A stretch of 64,000 nucleotides of DNA from Squalus acanthias (taxonomy: Eukaryota). A model generated the notes under the pieces. That model did not search any database, was not told the origin of the DNA, and saw only the letters and a program-made list of their open reading frames with translations. Where the stretch lies: contig CM059432.1 of assembly GCA_030390025.1 (NCBI GenBank), positions 76,138,001 through 76,202,000 of the forward strand. The letters are read 5' to 3'. The position numbers were made by a program, and so were the translations under genes. Below are positions 26,621 to 37,668 of the stretch, piece after piece (position 1 is the first letter of the stretch; each line of letters opens with the position of its first letter).

Positions 26621-27299
26621 AAAGTTTCAGGTCGTCGTTCTTTCATCAGAACTGATGTACCAAATGGCACCTTGCCTATTATTAATCCAGTCCATCTTCA
26701 GTGAAATTAAAAGAGTACATGTGCTTAAGAAATGGAGATCCAGTCCAAATCACAAGGGAGTTTCATTGCTGAGTTCCTGTGCCCTGCTACCACACTAGCA
26801 GGTACAGGAGTGGTAGGAGTCTATTATGTTTTTGTTTAAAAAGCAGGCAACCAGGGAGGAAATGATACCAATGAGCCCGAGTAGATACCTGCCCTAGATC
26901 TTAATTTGTAACACTACACTACCCCTTCAGTGGGTCATTTGTTTGACTTAAAACTAATTTTCTGACTCCTCACTTCACCATCCCATCCTTCTCACTTTCC
27001 TGCCTAACTGCTTTTCCACCATCTCTCTGCAAAAGCCAGACTGCCTCTGTTAGGGGGTCATGTCTCCATGACTGTTTACAGTTAGAGATCAAAACCTGCC
27101 CTGCAGAATGGATGTGAGAAGTTTATCAATTACTGATAGAAGCCAGTAAATTGCTTTTTATTTGAGGTCTATGAAGAAACAGCAGCTAGTTCATTATCAT
27201 CTTAACTACCTATTGTCAAGACTCCTCTCATTTTATTTGCAGGGATATAATATGCTTTAAAACTCAACATTTAAAGCAACTGCCTTTTGTGGCAAAATG

Positions 27300-30130
27300 A
27301 TCAAAAGATCTCCGCAGTGGCGTATCTCCCTCCCAGAGATTAGGTCCCTCGTATGAGAGCCCTACAGCTTGCTTCTGAAGACCCAAGGAGCCTCCCTCGA
27401 TTGTGAAATCCCTGAAATCATAGCGTGCTGCTTGACACTGCCCTACCCTTCTCCGGGCTCGGAACCAACGTAGAAAGCTTTTGGCCTGAAATGGTCTTGG
27501 CCCTTTGGGTTTCTTCAGGTGTAGTCATGTGAGTCCTCCACTACTGCAACTGCCTGCATTCCACCAATAATGCTTGCACTGCGTTGCCCTGATCTCTTTC
27601 CTGAGCTGTTTGTAATCCCCTCATTAGCTACATCATTATTAAAATATTGAACATCATGACTGAATAAACTCTGTTTTGTGATCCATGCTTAGTCAAATTG
27701 TTCCAGCCAAATGCTGGCCGTGGAGATTTCTGTGATTGCTCAAATTCCATGAATGTGCGCAGTTGTTGTTTACATAATGATAGTCCTATCATGAAAGGGC
27801 AGTCAGTATCTGTCAACCCCCTTGCAGTCCATTTACTACGACCGGGTGAAAGTACGGAGTCAACCTATCTACATCAATGGTCACCACATAACTGGCCCAT
27901 CACATACTACAAGCTGCCATGGCCTCCTGGTTTGCATTGCAGGATTTCTAAGAGGCCACTAGTGGTTGACCTTGTCACCTACCTCACTGCATTTTAAACA
28001 CCTGGTCTGACTGTCTTCCGATTGCTGACTTCTGCTTGGCTGCTGTGTTCTGGTCTTGCCTGGGTAGATTGAGCAGCTGGCTCATTGAGATGCTCATCCA
28101 TGGAATGGTGTGAAGAATCGAGCCTCCCACCCATGCAACAGCTTGCTTGGGCTCGTGAGGCCACAAAATGGTCAGCACAGTTGCAAGTTTTACACTCCTG
28201 TTCAAGTAACCAGATTTTTAAATCATCTGGAACTAACTCCAGAAATCTGTCCCATAACATCAAATGACAAAGACCTTCGTAGCCTCTTACACCTTTGCTA
28301 TCCCGTTACATCTGTCACGTCTTCATATAGGATAACCATTTCCCTGTAAGTGCCATCTGGATTCTTTTAGTTTACTAATTTCTGTCCATATGCTTCAGGC
28401 ATTAAATCACAAGGCCTGAGAATAGTACACTTTATAGTATCATAGTCCATACAATAGGCACGATTGACACAAAATAGTGCAGTGAGCACTTGTCCCCTTG
28501 GTGATGTCGTGAATTGGCTGGCCCATTTATTTTTGTCCCACTTACTAGTATATCGGCTAACAATTCACATGCCTAGATAAAATGATCAACATCATTGCCT
28601 TCTTTAAAATTTAGAATAAGATTTGATTCAATAAAATGGCGGGCCCGAGTTCGGTAGCTTCAATCACCAGACTTGTTGCTGATGCACATTTCTCTATCGG
28701 TTCAAGAGCATAACCACGCTCTTGTCTGCCTCATGCTGGCGCAGACCCTCCTCCATGCCATGCTGGCATTGTGTCCTTGGCCTTGAATTTGTGTTGTCCC
28801 CTCTCCTTCCTGAGTTTGTTCTTTTTCCTATCTCCTTTCCTCCAGCACTAACTGAATCTCATGCCCCTTTAGCTGAAGCTGTCTTCACTTTCTTATTGGC
28901 TGCCAGTCTCGAGCTCAACCTCTTTTGATTTGAATTTTTTTTTGATAATACTGTTCTGTTTACTGAATCCACTGCAACGGCTTCTCTTCCTACTCCCACA
29001 TCGTTACCTCTGGTGCTCCCCAAGGATCTATCCTTGGCCCCCTCCTATTTCACACTACATGCTGATCCTTGGCGACATCATCCGAAAACACAGCGTCAGT
29101 TTCCACATGTACACTGACGACACCCAGCTCTACCTCACTACCACGTCTTTCGACCCCTCTACGGTCTGTAAATTGTCAGACTGCTTGTCCGGCATCCAGT
29201 TCTGGATAAGCAGAAATTTTCTCCGATTAAACATTGGGAAGACCGAAGCCATTGTTTTCGGGCCCCGCCACAAACTCTGTTCCCTAGCAACTGACTCCAT
29301 CCCTCTCCCTAACATTCTGCCTGAGGCTGAACCACACTGTTCGCAACCTTGGTGTCATATTTGACCCTGAAATGAGCTTCCGACCACATATCCGCAGCAT
29401 AACTAAGACCGCCTATTTCCATTTCCGTAACATCATCCCGTCTCCACCCTTGCCTCAGCTCATCCGCTGCTGAAACCCTCATCCATGCCTTTGTTACCTC
29501 TAGACTTGACTATTCCAACGCACTCCTGGCTGGCCTCCCACGTTTTACCCTACGTAAACTTGAGGTCATCCAAAACTCTGCTGCCTGTGTCCTAACTCGT
29601 ACCAAGTCCTGCTCACTCATCACCCCTGTGGTCGCTGACCTACATTGGCTCCCAGTTAAGCAATGCCTCGATTTCAAAATTCTCATCCTTGTTTTCAAAT
29701 CCCTCCATGGTCTACCCCCCCCCCAACCGAGATATCTGCGCTCTAATTCTGCCCTCTTCAGCATCCCTGATTATAATTGCTCAACCATTGGTGACCGTGC
29801 CTTCTGTTGCCTAGGCCCTAAGCTCTGGAATTCCCTGCCTAAACCTCTCCGCCTCACTACCTCTCTTTCCTCCTTTAAGACGCTCCTTAAAACCTACCTC
29901 TTTGACCAAGCTTTTGGTCACCTGCCCTAATTTCTCCTTATGTGGCTCGGTGTCAAATTGTTTTGTTTTATAACACTCCTGTGAAGCGCCTTGGGACGTT
30001 TTACTACGTTAAAGGCGCTAAATAAATACATACAAGTTGTTGAATTTTTTTTGGTAATACTGTTCTGTTAAATTTTAACCATTTTAAATCGCCCTCATCA
30101 GTGTAACTCCGTATCCCAGGTAGCTGCCAG
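27300..30130 (-). mobile_element. Decayed Gypsy (Gmr1-like, SCAN-type gag) LTR retrotransposon, split by an L2 insertion
   Basis: Minus-strand remnants WDKNKWASQ...DYDTIKCTIL...LMPEAYGQK and FLELVPDDLKIWLLE; PBS-like TGGCAGCTACCTGGGAT at 30129-30113. Boundaries are uncertain. Confidence 0.6.
28961..30040 (+). mobile_element. L2 LINE 3' fragment flanked by a ~30-bp duplication
   Basis: HMYTDDTQLY, LNIGKTE and LHWLPV motifs plus L2 tail; flanking repeats at 28931-60 and 30041-69. Confidence 0.9.
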
Positions 30131-30806
30131 AAATTGCTGTAGATACCCTCTAGGGTTCAGTCCCTTAAGTGGTCCGAGCATCTTATTTTTATGGGATTTA
30201 ATTCATACTACACTATATCTATGTGTATGGCACCATAGCCTAGGGATGTAATAGCATCCCCTAGTGATGTGGACCAGATATGCGTGTCTTTCACACGTAT
30301 ATTTCTTTAATCTCTGCAGGTGGACCAAGTGAATATTTAGTTCTCTCGAGCTTTTACAGCCTGACTGTTTCCAAAAGCCAGCTTGCCAGTATCACTGTTA
30401 GTGTCTGTTCATTTTTGGCTGTTCACAGCTTGTTAGGCACTTTCTGCTGGCGTTACTTTGATTGTCAATTTTGTTGGCTATCTGTTTACTAGACCCCAGC
30501 TCTCCTCTGCCTGTATCAGTATCAAGACAGTACACACTGCATAAATCCTACCCTCGTCCGATATTCAGCAAGGCGCCGAAGCCTCACCATCTGAGTTCCT
30601 ATTCTATCAAGAAATGTTCCGACATTGTCAACCTCTAATACTTTGCTAATAAACGCTGCACGTTCCTCATTCTGTGTATCTGGAAGTATCATGTAATATA
30701 CAATGTGTTAGCAACCAAGAAATTATGTAAACTTTACTTTCAATAAAAACAGAAAATTGCAGAAAATGCATAGAAAGTCAATTGATATCCGAAAGTGAAA
30801 CATAAT

Positions 30807-31536
30807 GGGCCAAATTTTGCTTAGGAGGAAATCTAATCGCGTCTGCGGTTAGTTAGACTTGCCCTTGCATGTTTAGGTTTTTAAACAAATGTGAGCTGAT
30901 GCGTCACAGCGAGGGGAAACCGGGCATCTGGGACCTGAGTGAGCAGGGAAAGCAACTGTGTGTCTCCTTTAACAAATCAGATTGAAGGATTGTGAAATTA
31001 ACAGCACAAGGACTGAGAAGGAAGTGTAAAAGAGTGGGTGAATTCAATGTCAAATCCGGTATAGAAAGAGAGGTAAAGAAAGATTGAATTAAAGAAAAAA
31101 GAGGAAAATGATTTTTTAAATTACAATTTTAATATCTCCAACAACAATTAAAACCTGAAGGAATGAGACTCCATATTTGTATTAGTTAATTTTCAGTGCC
31201 AGAGAGATTGTTTGGCAGTAATTAACACTTATCACGCCCTTAAAAGGATACTTAGACTGGAATAGACAAGACTTGACTTTCTATGGCGAGTTTAGTTCAT
31301 ATCTACCGCGTAAGTACAGCAACTTCACGCTGTTCAGTGTATTTCAATGGTGAGCCAGACAGCGAGATGCCGTTTTTGTGAAACTAATAGCTGAGCGGCA
31401 CAAATCTGACAGCAGCTTTTGGATGTTTGAGTTTAACCGCGTATCTGCCCCTCGCCTGAGGTTGCTGTACCATTTGTGCATAAATAACTGTGAGCGCCAT
31501 TAGCCTCACCGTTAATTTGACTGGGAAATCTGGGCC
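30807..31536. mobile_element. Harbinger-type MITE
   Basis: TIRs gggccaaattttgc / aaatctgggcc; TSD aat/aat; internal similarity to 46490-47190; sits inside a decayed Penelope-end palindrome (~30741-31650). Confidence 0.75.
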
Positions 31537-32672
31537 AATGTTCATCAAACCTATTGTAATGAAGGATTAGATTAACCAATCTTTTTTCTTTCAAATGTTG
31601 ATTAACCTACTGTAGATTTGCAACATTATTTTTATTTCAGGTTTGCAGAATTTGTGGGTTTTTTTCTTTCTATCTACATCTTTTAGTCCTTTTATAGTAG
31701 GAAATTCTGTACTACCCCTACCACTGCCCTTTTTTCAGGGCCAGCCAGTTAACTTTGCATCCACATGCTGTGTGGTTAAGGAATCAGTAATTGTAGTAAT
31801 AATGCCACTGGGTTGGCTATCACTGTAATAATGAAATTAAAAAGCTGTGGATTATTGCTTTTTTCTTCTCTTTATCTTTTTCTATTTCTTATCCATTTTG
31901 TTATAAATTTAACTTCCTTTTTCTTCTGTAGTTCTGTTTTTTAGAGCCAGGACCCAAATTATTTAAAGTCAGTCTTTGGCTGAGAAAATGCATTTTGGAT
32001 CTTGGCCAATTGTGAAATGTATTGGGAAAGTATTATGTTATTAGAGTGATCTCTTTTCTTTGCCTTTCAGCCAACTCCAAGAAGTGAAAAGCGAGTATGC
32101 AATAAATAGGTGACAGCCCAGTTAGAGGGACTCTCCGAATTGAGGTGTTTTATCAGCTGTGTTCATAGGGTTGAGTCTTACTTTCTGATGAGGCATTTCC
32201 TCTTGACTCACTATAATGTGCATTATTATGCCGTCTCCACAAACACAACACCTGACTAGCTTTTTTTTAAATGTAAAAAAAAATATAGTGTTCCGTACTG
32301 TTGATCCTCAGTATTATTTCCATTCTGTTGTTTTTGTTACTGGTCCAGACTATAACTTTTAACTCAGTACTGTTATTTATTTACCTGTTGCAACAAGCAG
32401 TGGTTCTGTATTATTGGGCCTGAAAAATAATGGTAGGATGGGTCTGGCAGATTTCAGAAGAATACTGCATGGAGAGCTGTGGAATTTGATTGACTTAAGC
32501 TGCCCATAACAAACCTGGATTTATTATTGGTATAGCCATCGCAAGGCAGTATGAATTGTCTTCCACAGCTCCTTATATATTTATGCAGTTGCAAATATGA
32601 AGTTTTTTTTTAAAGTGATAGGTGCTAAATATCTTTGTTTATGGCACTAATGTTTCTGTGCTGTTTTTGCAG

Positions 32673-32693
32673 GAGCGGAACAGAAGCAAATAG
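32673..32693 (+). CDS. YTHDF3: YTHDF3 terminal coding exon (ERNRSK*)
   Basis: Acceptor tgtttttgcAG at 32671-72, then GAG CGG AAC AGA AGC AAA TAG. This matches the vertebrate YTHDF3 C-terminus ERNRNKQ*. Confidence 0.92.
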   Translation, partial: ERNRSK

Positions 32694-35295
32694 TAACTGA
32701 AAGGAGATGCTCTACCAGAGTTACAACACTAATGATACAAACCTTGGAAATGCCTAGTATCTTCAAGGAACCATGGTTATTGGAACTTTACTGCTCAAGG
32801 CAACCTCTTTTGAACACTCGAACACGAGATTGGCTTTCCATGTTGGTTCTCATTGCTGCATTTACCCTTATACTCTTATCTCACAAACCACATTTGAGCG
32901 CTATAACTTTGCCAAGCACTTTCTGCCTTTCTAAAGCTTTTATCAGTAACTGCTGTCTTTCTATGCTCAACCTCTTAGTTGAAATACAGAAATTGAGTGA
33001 ATGTGAGAAACCAATTAATTTTTTTTGGATTTGTTTAATACTAACAATTAACGAGTGTAGTTTGGTCAATGATCTGAGATTTCACAATGCTTAGCTCTTC
33101 AACCTACTTTTTTGTGCTGTAGGATTTATTTTTAAGTTAATTTTGCTCTACAGAGATGATTTGGATATCATGTAATTTTTAGTTCAAACTAATAAATCCA
33201 ATATAATGGAAACTATTGTAGTAAATAAAGCAAATAAATTGAATTAATATTTTGCCAAATGTGAAACAAACCAGAAGTTATGCAAGATTCTTTACCCAAA
33301 TTATTCCTGGTTTTGAAATATAATTTTTAAAAATGTATGTGCAACCAGTTGAATGCAATGTTAATTTTTTTTCTTGTACTATGTATTACATAGGTTTCAG
33401 AAAAGTGCATTTGTCTATGGAGGAGATGCTAGATGTTTGATACGACCGTTGATGAAACTGTCCTAAGTAAATGTACCTCGGTTTGATTTAAATTTTTAGA
33501 CTTCTGTAATGTCTTTTAAATACAACTTCCTAGCTTTGAATGTTTGCCTTTCTGGCAGATTACTATCATGGAAGTGAAATTTTTTTCTCCTCTAGATGAT
33601 TCACTAGCTTAATAAATCCAATACTTGTTTAGCAAGTGTTATGGCATGAGTTAATTTACAGTGTGGATTCACGTTTTCATATTTCTGAATACTACTTTAC
33701 AGGAAATCAACCAATTTAGGAGATACTGAGCCCATAGTCTCCTGTTTACATAAACCACATATATTGAGTCTCAGAGTGACGTAATTGCCTTAATTTATAA
33801 TGTGTATTTTCAGTAGGTACCAATAGCCTAATTAATAGAAGCAAAATGGACTTTTTATAAGCACAGAACTTAAATCACTGTTCATACTTTGAAGGCTATT
33901 TAAGTTATTTTAGCACACTATTTTTCAATGTATTTAAATTTGGCAGTTTCCTAATGTGATCCTGTAGTTGTGTTTATAATGTCCAGGGTCAATTAAATCT
34001 ATAATGTTATTAAGTTAGGGGTGCATATTTAGAGTTTGCGGTCCCCAAGTAGTTTAAAACTGTATTGTGTACATGAAGTCTTAATAACAAATGACTTCAT
34101 TGCCCTTTAGTCTTGCATATGTTGGAATTAAATGAGCTAGTATGAAGACAATTGAGTGTAAATTAGCATTGATATGTATAACTTCTATGCATTTACATCA
34201 TGGAGTGCCCTGATTCAAGTATCATAATTCTGATTGTTTCTCACAATTCAACTATCATGCTGATATCAGTTGGTGCAGTACTGGCTGAAATAGTTATCTG
34301 TAAAGGTAGAAAGTTTAGCAAACCTTTGATGGAGCTATTTCTTTATGGTCTTCTGGCAACAATATTTTTTCTCAATTGTTTTTAGTTCCCCTCATAAATC
34401 TATTTGTTTGCTGTTTAGTTGTCCCAATTAACAAACTACAAGTGTATCGGGAAAAAGTGTGAAACTATATGTAAATTCCTGATTCCATTCTGGAATTCTG
34501 AAAATATTTTATTAGATCAGTAGCCTTAATACCCATACGCATTGCATGCATTTTTGTCTCTAGCTCAGTATGTTGTATGGAGTCATGCATCTTTTATAGA
34601 CCTCTATAAAGTAACTATCAGTGCAGCTGTCTTTAAATGATGGACAGCAGAAGAATATTCAGCTGGGAGCTTTAGCATTTCAGTTTTTTCCCTGTTTTTA
34701 AAATAATTGAGTGGTGGTCAGAATAATTTAACTTAAATGTTAAATTAGTTGTTTTTAACCCTGTATTTTTTAATTGTGGGGTAGTGAAAGAAGAATGTTC
34801 TAAAAAAAAATTTAAATGGAGGTAGAATGTAAAAACAAACTTGTGTACAACATCATACGTATTAAAGGAAGTGGAAGTATTGCATGAATGCAAAAGATAC
34901 ATGAGTCTTTGATTTAGAAAACAATTAAATTTTTATCTTGGACTTGTGTAAAAGAGTGTCAAATTAGGAAGCTTTTGCAAGTCCTGGTGGGAACCCTTAT
35001 GCTAATATAGTGCTGGTAAAACTTGTTTTGTTTAGTAAAGATAATTTTGGAATGGCTTTATAAAACTGAACTTAGTATTCAGACAATTATCCAAGAAACC
35101 GAATATTGCAACCATAAATTTAAATTACAATGTTTAGAAGATCTAAGATCTATTCTTTCTCATAGTCAATAATGTTACGCACCCTTTTCTTCTGATATGC
35201 AACTTGATTAAAATCTGACCGTGTGCTATCGTACTTAATTTTTTTTTAAATGCTGTTTTCTGCTTGCATTAATAAACCACAAGTTACATGTTACT
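32694..35295 (+). other. YTHDF3: YTHDF3 3' UTR (probable extent)
   Basis: About 2.6 kb of AT-rich sequence after the stop with no recognisable repeats. AATAAA occurs at 33191, 33611 and 35271; repeats resume at ~35860. Confidence 0.65.
35271..35276 (+). terminator. Candidate distal polyadenylation signal AATAAA
   Basis: Hexamer near the end of the repeat-free block, followed by T-rich sequence. Confidence 0.5.
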
Positions 35296-35856
35296 CCATT
35301 TACTTTATCCTCCCACACACCATTGGTCACTTCCCATTCTCTCTCACATTTTGAATTGCTGTTTCATGTTTAATTAAAGATCAAAAGATCAAAGTGTCTT
35401 GTCTCATTAATTGATGGGTACTTGATGTTTTCACCCCTGCAGGCAAATTTGTGTATTGTGCTGATTGGATTGTATGAATTTTGTTGATGTAATTCATATT
35501 TTTGTGTGCAGTATATCTGAATGTTATGTTCACCTGAATATCTCAACTTCAAGGTAAACATGGAAAATTTAGAATTTTCAGTTCTTGTGAGTTATGGTAT
35601 ATAGTCAAAGTAATCAGCTTTGTTCCATGTATGGGTTACAGTGTGTTATGTTATAAGACAAAACTATAATGACAATATCCAAAGTTGTATGAGAATGAAA
35701 GTGGCCTGAATTTACCAGTCCAAGACAGAATTTTGTGCCGGAGATTTTTTTCCCCATCTGATATTTTAGAAAGAATAATTGACCTGTACAGAATGTGCTC
35801 ATGTATATCTTCATACATTCTACTGTTTAGTATTTGCTGAACTTTTGTGCCTCATC

Positions 35857-36070
35857 TCAACAACTTGCTTTTATATAGCACCTTTTAACATAGACAAAAT
35901 TTAACATGAGATATGGGGACAGGTGACCAAAAACTGGGCCAAAGAGGTAGCTTTTAAGGAGCGTCTTAAAGGAAGAGAGAGAGGCGGAGAGGAAATTCCA
36001 GAGCTGAGGGCCTGGGCAGCTAGAGGCATAGCCATAATGGAAATTAGAGATATGCAAGAAGCCTGAATTA
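35857..36070 (-). mobile_element. L2 3' fragment
   Basis: GPQLWNFL...FKTLLKSYLF plus L2 tail. Confidence 0.75.
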
Positions 36071-36811
36071 GAATTTAGAACAAGAGGCTTCTCTAATTGT
36101 AACAGTAGTTGCAGTTTGTAAAATCTGTTCTGGTTTAATATCAGATTATTTTATAGTGGAAGACTATGTGAAATTCGATAAACTGATTAGGGTAATTAAT
36201 CCTTGGGTTCTTCACCTCTGCTGGTCATAGCTGTAGGTGACAAAGCCCATTGTGAAACCTCTGAAGAAACCAGCTGTCTGAAAATCCAAACTGGTAATCC
36301 TTTGTTTTGGATTAAACTGGTGTAGGAAGAGGTGGAGATATTGGTTCCAGCAATCCTTGGACAATAACCCTGCAACATTTGCGTATGTATGTTTCGTGAG
36401 ATGCTTATAAACTCAATGGAACACTTCAATACTGAGAGAGTTTATGTTGTAACCTATTGTGCAGCCTTTTTTATTTTTTCGCATTTTAAGTTTAGTGAGA
36501 AAACTACCATGTAGTTTTTTGTGATAATTCCTCATGTATCAATGACCCTTGGGTATACAGCTGTTGCTGAAGCTTCCAGATTTTGTTGCCTGAATAAGAT
36601 GTCCATTTGCCTATATAGCCGTTTGTTGACATGGCTTGTAGCTGATGGTGGGTTTCTGGAGGAAGACCATTGCATTTGCTGTTTAAAGGGGGGGAAAATC
36701 ATGCGAGGTAGGCCGTTTCAGTTTTATTTTTTGCTCAACAGAGCCATTTTAGTGCTGGGAAAATGGCATGTTTCTCTCTTGGCAGTGAGTCAGCATCAAG
36801 TGTTTATAGAT

Positions 36812-36985
36812 CAGTGGTTCTCAAACTTTTTTGGTTGAAGGGACCCCTTTTCAAGTTGCCCCGTTCAACAGCAACCCAACCGCTCTGCACCGGCTCATTC
36901 CATCACAGATTGGGTTTTTTTTCGCGTACTCCGTAGAAAGTCTCTGGATCCCCTGGATCAGCAGACCCCAGTTTGAGAAACACTG
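36812..36985. mobile_element. hAT (Charlie-like) MITE
   Basis: TIRs cagtggttctcaaact / agtttgagaaacactg; degenerate 8-bp TSD ttatagat / acgtagat, resembling NTCTAGAN. Confidence 0.8.
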
Positions 36986-37166
36986 ACGTAGATGGTACAG
37001 ATGGAGAAGGAAGCTCCTCTAATTCTGAGTAAACTTCAAGAATCATCTCTACTGCAGCTGTGATTTTTATTTCCACATCTAGCACCATCCTTCAACAGGT
37101 AGAGTGAGGATTTGGTCTAAATAGCCTAAACTCTTGCCCTTGTGCGGAGTAGAGTTTTATCCCATT

Positions 37167-37668
37167 AACAACTTGCATTTATATAGCACCTTTTTTAATG
37201 TAGTAAAATGTCTCAAGGCGCTTCACAGGAGTGTAATCAGACAAAAACTGACACTGAGCCAAATAAGGACGGGTAACCAATACCTTGGTCAATGAAGTAG
37301 GTTTGAAGGAGCATCTAGAGGAGGGAGAGGTTTTGCGAAGGGAATACCAGAGTTTAGGGCCTAGGTGGCTTAAAGCACAGCCAACAATCGTGGGTTGAAA
37401 GAAGTTGGGGGTGCACAAGAGACCAGTGTTGGAGGAATGCAGAGTTCTGAGAATGTAGGGCTGGAGGAGTGAGGCCATGGAGGGATTTCAACACTAGGAT
37501 GAGAATTTTAAAATCGAGGTGTTACTGGACCGGGAGACATTTTAGATCAGCGAGCAGTGGTGAAGGATGAATTGGACTTGGTGTGAGTTAGGATACAGGC
37601 AGCAGAGTTTTGGGTGAGCTAATGTTTATGGAGGGTGGAAGATGGGAGGCTGGCCAGGAGAGGTTGGA
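37167..37668 (-). mobile_element. L2 3' fragment
   Basis: Reverse-complement match to the other L2 copies; LGPKLW motif. Confidence 0.8.

Noticed and set aside
25949..26798. Cluster of overlapping 60-170 aa ORFs
   Set aside because: They arise from the G-rich, low-complexity MITE interior and show no recognisable domain.
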